Source: Octopus sinensis (taxonomy: Eukaryota). From it: DNA of 64,000 nucleotides. Below the pieces are notes generated by a model. The model did not search any database, was not told where the DNA came from, and saw nothing but the letters and a program-made list of their open reading frames with translations. The position numbers and the translations under genes were made by a program. The stretch spans positions 173,848,001 to 173,912,000 of the forward strand of contig NC_042998.1 of assembly GCF_006345805.1 (NCBI RefSeq), given 5' to 3'. This document shows positions 26,480 through 39,300 of this stretch, one piece after another. Each line of letters starts with the position of its first letter. The stretch's first letter is position 1.

Positions 26480-27018
26480 TCAGTAGGAGTATCGAGGTGA
26501 GGTGTACGTTGTTGCCGGCGGTGTCCATCCTGTGTCTGTTTGCTGTGGTGGTCTGGTATATAGTGGGTAGTCCCACCTGCGGGCTTGGGTTTGATGAAGC
26601 CAGGTCAGCTGCTGTACAATCTTTTGTGCCATGCACAAAAAAGATTGTTGCTCAGCAGCTGCTCTTTCGACAACATCATGTTGGCTGTTTGTGGCGCGCA
26701 CAACATCTGCGTACCTCCGCTTTGGGGCAGGTGGTGCGTGGTCCATCCCTTTTCTTTGTGTTGATGGTTTGTCCATCTGCCTCGTGTCTCTGTGGCAGGG
26801 TCCCCGATGTGCAAAGCGGCAGCCTGCACCTTCCTTTCCATGCCAGCAGGAACCTCTCAGGTAGAACATACACACCCGTGTGCGCTGTTTGGTTCCATCC
26901 TTTGCGGTTCCACTTCTATTTCTGGTTGTTTCACTCTTTGGTCCTGCTTGAGCTTTTTCTTTTCCTTTAGCTCTTCCAGTCCTTCTTTTAGTTCTTCTTC
27001 CTTCTTTTAGTTCTTCTA
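26480..27018 (-). pseudogene. LINE ORF1 remnant with CCCH zinc finger
   Basis: CMFYLRGSCWHGKEGAGCRFAH directly upstream of ORF2. Confidence 0.6.
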
Positions 27019-27450
27019 TATACATACATACATACTCATACACACACACACATACACATACACACATATATATACACGCATATACACATAAGTACATACA
27101 TGCATAAATGTATACATATTTCTATACAAGTGCATACACATACACACACTCACGCACCACCTTATATACATAAATACATACATGCATACAAACGCATACT
27201 CAAGTAATAAATAATAAGTAATAACTAATAAGTATATATACATGCAGTTACCCTTTATACAGACGGAAACATTCATATAAACATACACATATATATATAT
27301 ATATATACATACACATATACACACACACATATACACATATATGTATATATATATATATACATATATATACATATATACACCTATCTACACATATGCACAT
27401 ATACACACATTCATGCACATACGTATAACTCTACATACCTACATATACAT

Positions 27451-27511
<61 letters not shown>

Positions 27512-27621
27512 CATCTACACATCTGTATATACACACACATACATGCAGATACAAATAACTCTACATACCTACATATACATCGACACACTAGCGTACACTT
27601 ATATATTATATATACACACAT

Positions 27622-27663
<42 letters not shown>

Positions 27664-27688
27664 AATGCCAAAACAATTCTTGTTAACT

Positions 27689-27739
27689 AGCTTCCTGATG
27701 ATTTCTCTTGAATGAAACAGTTCTAGTCCTGTAGAAGCT
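27689..27739 (+). ncRNA. Hammerhead ribozyme motif, family B, intact core
   Basis: Exact reverse complement of 21398-21448. Confidence 0.85.
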
Positions 27740-27755
27740 CCTTCTATATAATAAA

Positions 27756-27827
<72 letters not shown>

Positions 27828-27886
27828 GTATATATATATGTATGTATATATATATGTATGTTATATATATATGTATGTATATATAT

Positions 27887-29079
27887 GTTGATCATAAGAT
27901 CCTTCTGAGAAAGCTGTCCAATATTGGTGTCACTGGAAAGCTGCTGCAGTGGATCAAGTGCTTCCTGTCTAACAGAACCCAACATGTTGTAGTCGATGGA
28001 GTCAAATCCAGCCCAGCCGAAGTCAGCAGTGGTGTCCCACAAGGCACTGTGTTGGGTCCACTTCTCTTCATCATCTACATAAATGATATTACTGACACCA
28101 TCAAACACAGTAACATCAGAACCTTCGCTGATGATTCCAAGCTCCAGAAGGTCATCAGTGGCGTGGATGACCGAATAAGCCTTCAGTCAGACCTACTGGC
28201 TGTTGTCCAATGGGCGGAAAAGAATAACATGTTGCTAAACGAAGACGAATTCGAACTGATCCACTTTGGAAGGGAGGACGCTCTGAAACTCCCATACCCC
28301 CTTCCTTCTGGAGAAATTCTCATGGCGTCCAACAACATCAGAGATTGGGAGTAACAGTGGACAACAACATAAGCTGGGCTACACATAAAAGCAGCAAAGT
28401 TGACATGACCCGCAGAATGTGTTCCTGGATTCTCAGTACCTTCCAGTCGAGAGATCTCCACACTATTATCCTTCTCTTCTCCACTTTTGTCCAACCCCAC
28501 CTTGAATACTGCTGTCCACTGTGGTCTCCCTACACAAAACAAAATATTATGAGAATTGAAGCTCCCCAAAGGTCAATCACAAAAAAGATAGATGGCATGT
28601 CAGACCTTGACTACTGGGGTAGACTAGAGAAGCTGAAACGCCGTGAACGCTACATTATCTGTATGATGTGGAAAATATTCCATCAGCACTGTCCGAATGA
28701 TGTTGGCATCACCTTCAAAATACATCCAAGGCTTGGACCACGTGCCATCCGTCCACAACAAAAATCTAAATCGCATCACATAACGACAATACGGTACAAC
28801 TATTTCACCTCAATTGGACCCGCTCTCTTCAACATTACACCAGGACACGTCAAAAAAAAAAGCTGACCACACAAAATTCAAGACGTCTTTGGACAAATTC
28901 CTTCAAACAGTCCCGGACAAACCACCCACACTCGGATATGTCTCCGCAAACAATAACTCTCTGCTCGAATGGGCCTTGGTGCCCAAATCCTGAATTGAAA
29001 GACTTCGCCAGGTGGTGCTATTAAGTTAGACATGGCCTGGGCCAATACTGGCCAAAACCTTTCTAAGTTATTCAAAGTT
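27887..29079 (+). mobile_element. 5'-truncated CR1/L2-group LINE
   Basis: VPQGTVLGPLLFIIYIND, TFADDSKL, PHLEYCCPLWSPY; 3' UTR ends ttagacatggcctgggcc...ttcaaagtt next to (AT)n. Confidence 0.9.
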
Positions 29080-29100
29080 ATATATGTATGTATATATATG

Positions 29101-29138
<38 letters not shown>

Positions 29139-29254
29139 TGTATAGTATATATATATGTATGTATATATGCATATATATATGTATATATATATAAGTATAT
29201 ATATGTATATATATATGTATATATATATGTATGTTTTTATATATATATGTATAT

Positions 29255-29285
<31 letters not shown>

Positions 29286-29522
29286 GTATACATATATATA
29301 TATATGTATATATATATATATGTTATATATATGTATATATATATATGTATATATATTTATGTATATATATATGTATATATATATGTATATATATGTATGT
29401 ATGTATATATATATATGCATATATATATGTATATATATATATGTATATGTATATATGTATGTATATATGTATGTATATATGTATGTATATATGTATATAT
29501 ATGTGTGTGTGTGCGTGTGTAT

Positions 29523-29637
<115 letters not shown>

Positions 29638-30144
29638 TACAGTAATAATAATGTGGCTAGCAAATGAGTAAATGCATATGTATTTCAGTTGAGAAAAGAT
29701 TAACGGCTATGATGAAAGCAAATGATTCCTATTTTGAATAGTGAATATAAGTAAAATATTGTAAATAAATATCATTCAGCCTGTACATTTTTTTAAAATT
29801 TTATATTATAAAATGAAGAATGGGTAAATGTGTCACGTTCAATAGATGAAGCTTTAAAATTTTGAGACTTACTTTCGCAGCTTTTTTAAAAATAGAGAAA
29901 AAAATGAAACTGGAACCCTTGCTGATAATGTTCAAATATTGATAATCGGAAAGAAACGTTTGATCAGATGCACGTTCTATGTAAAAAAAATCAGCTATTT
30001 ATAATACAAATGAAAAACTAAATTGAATATATCGCAGTATAATTTAATAATTTATATTGAATATAGCAGGTCGTTCACAAAATACAGTTTACGCTGAAAT
30101 ATTACAAATTGCTTGAAATATTACAAATAAAAGGAAACTCAGAA

Positions 30145-30184
<40 letters not shown>

Positions 30185-31410
30185 AGAATAGATAAACATA
30201 GATAAATGGATAGATAAATAGATAAACAGAAACAGAACGAAAGCAAAGAACAAAGAAACAAAGAAGAAAGGAAAGGTAGCATGAGAGAAAAAAAGATGGG
30301 ATCAAACAAAAAACAGAGCACGAGAGAAAAAAAGCAAATAAAGAGAGGAGGAATTTAGAAAATTTGTGAAGAAATATTTGAAGCGAAAAATTAACGTCAA
30401 CACTCAAAATGTGACAAGGAATCTTTCGCTAGTCTAATAACATCATAAACAGACAGCAAATCAAGAAAACAAAGAAAATGATAACACAGGTAAGTAAAGA
30501 AAAAAATAAAGGGCAAAAAATGAAAACAAAAGAGTTGATTGTTTTAGTAACTTCATATGCAATAATTTCCGTAACAAATCTGTCTGTTGAACATTGCATT
30601 GCATATATTATCCCTAAATACACACCAAAGCAGAACCAAAGATAATACTGAAGCTGCCAGAATTACTATCCCAACAATCCACATGAAAATACCAACCAAA
30701 CACTGTTTGGATGGTACTATTTACGTATGATCATGTACACTTCTATATTCATTTTTATATATTCACAGTTATATGCAGATCTCTCTCTCTCTCTATATAT
30801 ATATATATGTATATATATGTATATATAAGTGTATAAATAAAAAATATGTGTAGGTTTGGGCTCAACTCCCCTCCCCTCTTCATCTGACTCCCCTCCTCTC
30901 CTCTCTTCATCTGACACCTACTTCCTCTCTTTAATCCTACCCACCACTCCTCTCTTGCCCTGACATCTACTTCCTCTCTTCACTCCTACCCACCTTCCCT
31001 CTTCATTGATACCCACTCCATCCCCACCCCACCCTACCCCACATCCCCACACCCCAACACTGCTACATCACACCACACCACACTAGCACTGACCACTTTC
31101 CAGCACCCACACCATCATCCACACACATACACATTACAGACGCTCACACTTACACACGCACACACCTTCCCATACACGCACGCACGCACACCTTCGTTTG
31201 GGATCACCAATACATTATTATCTCCCCATCATTCTAGCTCTCCTGTCTAACCACCTTTTTCCAATCAGTTATTTCCTCGTGTTCCTTTGTCCTGAAGTGC
31301 GTAGGCTCGAAAGGTAAAAGCCTTTCACATTTTCCCGAGCGTCACACTAATACACTCGCTGGCTGTTTATACACCTGTCTTCGTCTTTTGTTTTTTTTTT
31401 GTAAATTTCA

Positions 31411-31482
<72 letters not shown>

Positions 31483-31884
31483 CATATATAGTGATTCATC
31501 CGTACAAAGAGAGGACAAGGATTTCCCATTATCATAGTGAACCGATATTGAAACTTAACAATTAATTTCAGTTTTAAGTAAAAAGCATTTGTGTATATTG
31601 TGGAACTCTCATTTATTGATAAACATACACATTTTGACCACTACCAACATTTGAATATGTATATTTAAGTAGCTACAATTCTTCAGCCAAACGTTTTCCC
31701 TGGTGGTCGCAGCTATTATTGCAAAAGATTTTATTTCTTCAAAATATAAGTTGGAATTAGTTCTTTTGATGTTACATTGAGGAACTATAAGGGAAAAGTT
31801 GCATAGATTTACAAACACATGCACTCACACATATACATACATGCATGTATATATATATATATATATATATATAGATAGATAGAT

Positions 31885-32960
31885 AAGAAAGTTGGTTTGT
31901 GAAAGCACGTGGTTGAATATATAGAAAATAGTAAAAAACTCAAAAACACCCTAATTGACAGACATTACCCAGCTCAACTCATAGAGGATGGGATCAGACG
32001 TGCAACAGAAAGTTCAACACAACAACACACCTTCCCCGAAAATACTACCTTACATATCTACATACAACCCCAGAAACAAAGAAGCCTTCACCATCATCAC
32101 CCAGAATTTACCAATACTTCATAAGGACCCCAAATTAAAGGAAATTCTAAACATACACCAAATCATTAAAAGCTACAAACAACCTAAATCACTTAAAAAG
32201 ATTCTCACAAAGGCAAAATTGTCTTCTGAAATTACGGATACAAAAGTAAAAAAATGTGGTAGATCGAACTGTGCAACATGTCCAAACCTGCTAGAAGGAT
32301 CAGAATTCCTCTTCAAAGAGGGACAGAAATTCAAGATCAAATCTAACTTTACAGTGCCTCTGAAAACATAATTTATGTCATAAAATGCTTGGGCTGCTAC
32401 CAAGACTACGTGGGATCCACGGGACTATCACTCAGACGTAGATGCACACTGCATCGACAACAGATTGCATTCCCAGAATATAGAATGATACCTTTTAGTG
32501 AGCACATTGAGAAATGCGCAAAGCAACTACTACCACAATTTTTAATCTTTCCATTTTACCAATGTGCTATCGGATCATCAACACAAATTAGACTAAACAA
32601 GGAAACATTCTTCATTGTAAAGTACAAGCCCAGACTTAACCATTCCAACATACTGATACAGAGAAATTCACACCAAGGGAAAGGCAAAAGATTTAAAGCG
32701 ATTATCTCCCTTACACCGGAAGAAATCACTCATTACCTCCCCTTATTTAGAACTCTCCTGAACATAAACATAACGATAACTCTACTCAACATAAACATAA
32801 CGACGTAAGAAATTTGAAAAGCTAAACGCGTAACCGGTCTTTCTTCTAAACTATATCATTGTAAGAAAAAAATTTATAATATTCTTCAGACATATTGACT
32901 CAAAAATATATTTTTTAACCTTTTTAAACAATCCTTCTGTAGTTTTTTCACACTTTTTAC
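31885..32960 (+). mobile_element. Penelope-like element 3' fragment (RT thumb plus GIY-YIG endonuclease), Neptune-like
   Basis: LKNTLIDRHYP thumb; KKCGRSNCATC Cys cluster; IIYVIKC.GCYQDYVGSTG..L.RR..LH GIY-YIG motif; ETFFIVKYKPRLN. Confidence 0.88.
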
Positions 32961-32965
32961 TATTT

Positions 32966-32998
<33 letters not shown>

Positions 32999-34336
32999 TA
33001 ATAAAAGAAATAAAACATATGCATATATATAAACATATATGTACGTACCTACCTCTACATGTACATATACACGCATATATGAGTACAGGACACCAAAGGG
33101 ACGTCGAACACATAGAGAAACGAAAACATAGACACAAACCAAAGGAACAGGACATTATTTTAAAAACAACAAAAAATGGAGTACAGGACAGTTAACACAA
33201 CGAAAAAACCCCTTCTTCAGTCGCTAAGGTTTCATCTACTCTACGTTTCGAAGGATAAAAGCGAGACGTATCTTCGACAAGAAACTTTCCTTCCTGCGAA
33301 AAGCAAATCAATTAAAATTCTGAGATCTTTTCGCAGAGGGGTAAAAAATGGTAAAAAAATGGTAAAAAAACGAGACAGTAACAACAGTACAAAAATATAA
33401 ACAGTAAGAAAAAATATATATATAAACAGTAAAAAAATATATATAACAGAAAAAGACAGGAGAGAGAGAACAATATAAGAAGGGCTGTTGACGCCGAACG
33501 AAAAAAGTATTGCAAACGCTAATTTTTTGTGAATGACGAGAGAGCAGGAAAAGTCATCCAGTAGCCTTAAAAGGCGGGCGAGAAAGAACGTTAGCAGTTA
33601 CGGCGGATGTATCGTCGCAGATGGACGACGGGAATGGGGGAGGAGGAGCAAGAGGAAGGGAGAGAAGAAAGGGAATGGTGCGAGGAGACCATGAAGAATG
33701 AAGAGGGGGAGAGAGAGAATGAAGAATGAGAGAGAGAGGAAGAGACAAGTTAAGTGAGGGAAAAAGACGAAAAGGGGATGGGATAGAAAGAAAGAAAGAA
33801 AGAAAGGGCAGAGTGCGCGTGAGAGTTAATATCAAGGCGAACTTGATATACAGAACAATCTTACTTAAGAGAGTGCGTTCGTTTAGTCGTATAATATATT
33901 AATAAAAGAATATATATATATATACACGCACATATATATATATGCCATTTTCTATCTGTCTCTCTCTCCCCTCTTTCTATTTTCTCTCTCTTGTTGCTCA
34001 TCTGTGACTATCGTCCATATTCCTATTCCTCACGTGACCATCTTTCTTTTCCTGCACGGACGTTCTAAGGAATGGACGTTTTCTATCTTTCTCATCTATC
34101 TTTTCTCTTTTCAAAGAAAATATTTCTCTCAGCGTTCACGATTTCCCGCTCGTTATGGTCTAACCACCCTCCATGTCTGTTTTCGTTAGGTTTCCTTGTA
34201 TGTCTCCACTGTCCTGTCTTTGTTCCCAACTTTGACCTTCTATAAAATCCTAAATTTTATTTTTGAAATTATGGGACCAACTGTCTTCGAATACTCATAC
34301 AGTTGGTGATGTCCTGTACCAATATATGCATAAACA

Positions 34337-34395
<59 letters not shown>

Positions 34396-34403
<8 letters not shown>

Positions 34404-35163
34404 AAGGACAACTACTTAATAAGGAAAACTTAACAAGAAATTGTCAGGTAGATAGCGTGAAAACCTCATAAGAGAAAAAATTTCGAAAATAATTAATTTC
34501 TTATTGAACATATTAATTTATATATAGAGGGCATTATACATACATGCCAGAGAGCATTATACATACATGCCACACGCTAAGAGGGACAATTAGTCATTTC
34601 TACCAAAAATATTACTAATCCCACCGAATGCAATTTTTGAAAGCAAGACATTTAAAAAATATAGACCTGTATCACAGTGATTTCATACTTACGTATTCAT
34701 CAGCAGGCCTGGATGTATCATACATAAACGACCCCGCCTCGCTCAAGCCGATCAGCTAACTGATCAACATCAACGAAGCACATGGGTGAGTTTACATATA
34801 TTACATCCGGTAAATGGCCGACTTTTTGGAATTGCATTTCGGGAAAGGAAAAGTTTTTTCGGAATAAAAATTTAGCAATTAAGGACAACTACTTAATAAG
34901 GAAAACTTAACAAGAAATTGTCAGGTAGATAGCGTGAAAACCTCATAAGAGAAAAAATTTTGAAAATAATTAATTTCTTATTGAACATATTAATTTATAT
35001 ATAGAGGGCATTATACATACATGCCAGAGAGCATTATACATACATGCCACACGCTAAGAGGGACAATTAGTCATTTCTACCAAAAATATTACTAATCCCA
35101 CCGAATGCAATTTTTCAAAGCAAGACATTTAAAAAATATAGACCTGTATCACAGTGATTTCAT
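34396..35163 (-). repeat. 477-bp direct repeat unit (1.6 copies) carrying an HHR
   Basis: 34396-34686 is nearly identical to 34873-35163; period 477. Confidence 0.9.
34666..34707 (-). ncRNA. Hammerhead ribozyme motif, family C, intact
   Basis: Minus strand: cctg CTGATGA atac-gtaa-gtat GAAA tcac-t-gtga TA cagg. All three stems pair, the stem II loop is GNRA, and stem III is near-palindromic. Confidence 0.88.
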
Positions 35164-35293
35164 CTTGCTTTGAAAAATTGCATTCGGTGGGATTAGTAAT
35201 ATTTTTGGTAGAAATGACTAATTGTCCCTCTTAGCGTGTGGCATGTATGTATAATGCTCTCTGGCATGTATGTATAATGCCCTCTATATATAA

Positions 35294-35325
<32 letters not shown>

Positions 35326-35328
<3 letters not shown>

Positions 35329-36281
35329 AAAGTTGGTTTGTGAAAGCACGTGGGTGAATATATAGAAAATAGTAAAGAGTGAAAAAAGTACAGAAGGCTT
35401 AAATGTTAAAAAATATATATATTTGCGTCAATATGTCTGAAGAATATTAAAAAAATTTTTAAGAAAAATTTTTTTCTCTTATAATGACATAATTTAAAAG
35501 AAAGACTGGTTTCGCGTGTAGCTTTTCAAATTTCTTGCGACGTTATGTTTATGTTGAATAGAGTTATCGTTATGTTTATGTTCAGGAGAGTTCTAAATAA
35601 GGGGAGGTGGTGAGTGATTTCTTCCGGTGTAAGGGAGATAATCGCTTAAAATCTTTTGCCTTTCCCTTGGTGTGAATTTCTCTGTATCAGTATGTTCGGA
35701 TGGTTGAGTCTGGGCTTGTACTTTACAATGAAGAATGTTTCCTTGTTTAGTCTAATTTGTGTTGATGATCCGATAGCACATTGGTAGAATGGAAAGATTA
35801 AAAATTGTGGTAGTAGTTGCTTTGCGCATTTCTCAATGTGCTCACTAAAAGGTATCATTCTATATTCTGGGAATGCAATCTGTTATCGATGCAGTGTGCA
35901 TCTACGTCTGAGTGATAGTCCCGTGGAACCCACGTAGTCTTGGTGGCAGCCCGAGCATTTTATGACATAAATTATGTTTTCAGAGGCACAAGTAAAGTTA
36001 GATTTGATCTTGAATTTCTGTCCCTCTTTAAAGAGGAATTCTGATCCTTCTAGCAGGTTAGGACATGTTGCACAGTTCGATCTACTACATTTTTTTACTT
36101 TTGCATCCGTAATTTTAGAAGACAATTTTGCTTTTGAGAGAATCTTTTTAAGTGATTTAGGTTGTTTGTAGCTTTTAATGATTTGGTGTATGTTTAAAAT
36201 TTCCTTTTATTTGGGGTCTTTATGAAGTATTGGTAACCATCATCACCCAGAATTTACCAATACTTCATAAAGACCCCAAAT
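35326..36281 (-). mobile_element. Penelope-like element 3' fragment (GIY-YIG), inverted relative to 31885-32960
   Basis: KKCSRSNCATCPNLLEG...NIIYVIKCSGCHQDYVGSTG; highly similar to the plus-strand copy. Confidence 0.88.
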
Positions 36282-36284
36282 CTC

Positions 36285-36315
<31 letters not shown>

Positions 36316-36332
36316 ATATATATATATATTAT

Positions 36333-36380
<48 letters not shown>

Positions 36381-36504
36381 TATATATGTGAGCGTATGTA
36401 TATATATGCATATATATATTTAATCTTTCTCATATATGTAATTTTCTAGATGGTGTAATTTAATTTTTCATTTTGAATTGATAAAAGGTGGGTTTTTTCT
36501 AATT

Positions 36505-36547
<43 letters not shown>

Positions 36548-36554
36548 TATATAT

Positions 36555-36601
<47 letters not shown>

Positions 36602-36726
36602 TTAGAGATAAAACCACTATTAGGCAAATCATACAATGAAAAACGTAAGCCAATACATAAGATTAATTAATTAATATTATTATAAATATATATCAAAATT
36701 ATTAAAAAAAAAGATAATGAGTATAA

Positions 36727-36789
36727 AACTACGATCGTTTCATGGCTGTCCAATTCATAAAAATTCGAGTTACAGTCAATCTTCAGGTG
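36727..36789 (-). ncRNA. Hammerhead ribozyme motif, family E, partly degenerate
   Basis: Minus strand: cac CTGAAGA t tgactgt..22 nt..acagcca t GAAA cga-tcg TA gtt. Palindromic stem III; weak stem I. Confidence 0.6.
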
Positions 36790-39045
36790 ATTGAAATATC
36801 TAAAATATAATCAGAAATATTTAAACAATTTTTTAAAGATATAAATAATATATATGATATAATAATTTTACTTATAATAAACTCTATTATCAAACTAGAG
36901 ACATAGAACTTAACAATTATGATTATATCCAAATCTACTATAATGTTAAATATTAATTTTAATTTATATGGTAGGAAACCCACCCATAATCTAATATCAA
37001 TATTAGTCTATATCTAATTACATAAATATTTTAAATGACTAATATATATAAATTATCAATGAAAATATATAAATGTATATAAATATTATAATTAAGATTT
37101 GAAATAATCTCTATAAATAATTGTATATTCACATATAATAAAAACCTAATAAATTTAATTTTTCATATTTAAAGATGAAATAGCTAATTTCAAAATACAA
37201 ATAAACTAACTTAAACGAACTTTCGGAAATCTTATGTAAAATACTTTTAGAAATAATCAATTCGTAGTAATATAGTATCGAATAAATACTATAAATACTA
37301 TAAGTATAATTATCAATGGGAATACTTATTGAATATAAATTTAAAGAAATAACTAAGTTATGCTATTAAATTAGACATGGCCTGGACCAATCTTTAGTCG
37401 AAACATATCTAAGTTTATCAAAGTTTATCTAATTTAATTATAAATTTAAAACTACAATTAATACTATTAAAACATGTATATACAAAGCCTAACTCAATAC
37501 ACCTAGTATGCTTGCTATCAAATAATAAATCTATCGCTAAGAAGTATCTTACGAATAAACTTAAATTTAATATCTAATAATATAGAAAATTACGATAATT
37601 AGATCATTACATAAACAACGATATTTACATAAGGAGAATATTATTACTCCAAAGGCTTATACAATATTAAAATTTACAATTTGAAGATCTTAAATAAATA
37701 CATACTTATCTTAGCGAGGTTTAACAATGAACTAAAATTTTGAATCAAAAAACGTCTTTTACAGCGTTTATAAGAATACTCGTGGAATTACGTTATTAGC
37801 AAAAAAAGAATAAATTGTTGAAGAATTCATTACGCGTGAGGAACCTACGTTTTATTGTGAATGGGAAAATTATTTGTTTATCATTGTAAATAGAATGAAG
37901 TCACAAATAAAGAATAAAATCTCTCTATACTATAATATTTATTAATAAAATAACTATGATAAATGAAACTTAATACAAAATAAATTAAATGATTTAAATG
38001 ATTAAAAACCACTAATTATTAAATATATTCTAAAAATCTTACAAGATTAATAAATATATAAAAATTTATTTATATAGTAACCCCTCAACATACTATAAAT
38101 TCTTTCCCGTGCCCTTATAATTATAAGCTAAAATTAGTGATCATAACAAAATCTATAAATACTTATCAAAATTTGTAGTATAACTATACATACGTATACA
38201 TAAATATATAAGAAAATATACATACATATACATATATATACATATATAAATACATATATATATACATATATATACATACATATACATATACATACACATA
38301 TACACATACATACACACATACATACATATACATATATACACACATATATACACACACATACACACATACACATATGCACACTCATACATACATGTACATA
38401 CATACAATACTCAATATATACACTTACACCTATATATACACACCCACACACATACACATAAATAAATGTATATACATATACATATATATACACATCATCA
38501 TATACACATATATACATACACACACAACCACATATATTATATAATAAATAGGTATATAAATGTCTATAATCATACTACAATACAAAATAGAGGTAAATAT
38601 TAAGTTAAATCTAAATAATTAATCTACTAATCTATACTTCTATATTAAATAAAATAGATTAAATAAACAACTAAATAAAACTATTTCAAATATAAAGAGA
38701 TTATATACAAATAGATTATTATAACGAAATTATAATTTAACGAAGTTATAATAGAAATATAACAAAATATATAAAATATATAAAATTGTAACTTACCAGA
38801 CTTTATATTCAATAAACCATTAAATATTTATTAAAAATATATTTAGTAATAAAATGAACAACTATATATAATCTAACTATAATTAAAAACAGAACCTAAA
38901 TAACTCAAATAAACTAATATAATATATATATATATATATAGGAATTTTCGCGTAATGAGATAAAAACCAAGGCTGTGTAGATATTAGAGCATTTATAGAT
39001 AGAAGGTCTTACAGTTTATATGTATATTTATTTATTTATGCGCAC

Positions 39046-39300
39046 TTTTGTAAGCCTAGCCAGGCTCATGGACCCGGTTTCCCGGTTTCTATGGCGTATG
39101 TGTTCGCAACCCCCCACCCACCCCAGCTGGACAGGATGCCAGTCCTTCGTAGCGTTACTCAAGGCACAGGAAGAATAATTGAAAGAAAGTTCTGGCGAAA
39201 GAGTACAACAGGGGTCTCCACCGCCCCCTGTCGGCGCCTCAATAAACACACGCATCGCTCGGTCTGGGAATCGAAACCGCAATCTTCCGACAGTGAGTCC
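39046..39300 (-). mobile_element. tRNA-derived SINE with V-domain-like tail
   Basis: Homologous to 14826-15108. Confidence 0.7.

Larger units (their letters stand above)
23481..27018 (-). mobile_element. Near full-length CR1/L2-group LINE, degenerate
   Basis: ORF1 remnant with CCCH motif, AP endonuclease (LLNIRGL, ALTETHL, TYRPP, MGDFNLP, SDHN), RT (YRPISLTS, YLDFAKAFDKVDH, VLQGTVLGPLLF), C-terminal LERRRERY, and (ATCA)n tail at 23481-23497. Confidence 0.92.

Noticed and set aside
33205-33300. Possible additional HHR (GAAACGUA and CUGAAGA on the minus strand)
   Set aside because: Motif order and stems do not give a convincing fold; the upstream core would be UCGAAGA with a poor stem I.
36800-38940. 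Mitochondrial insertion (NUMT)
   Set aside because: AT-rich and skewed, but I recognise no mitochondrial gene motif, and it contains a nuclear LINE end and a microsatellite.
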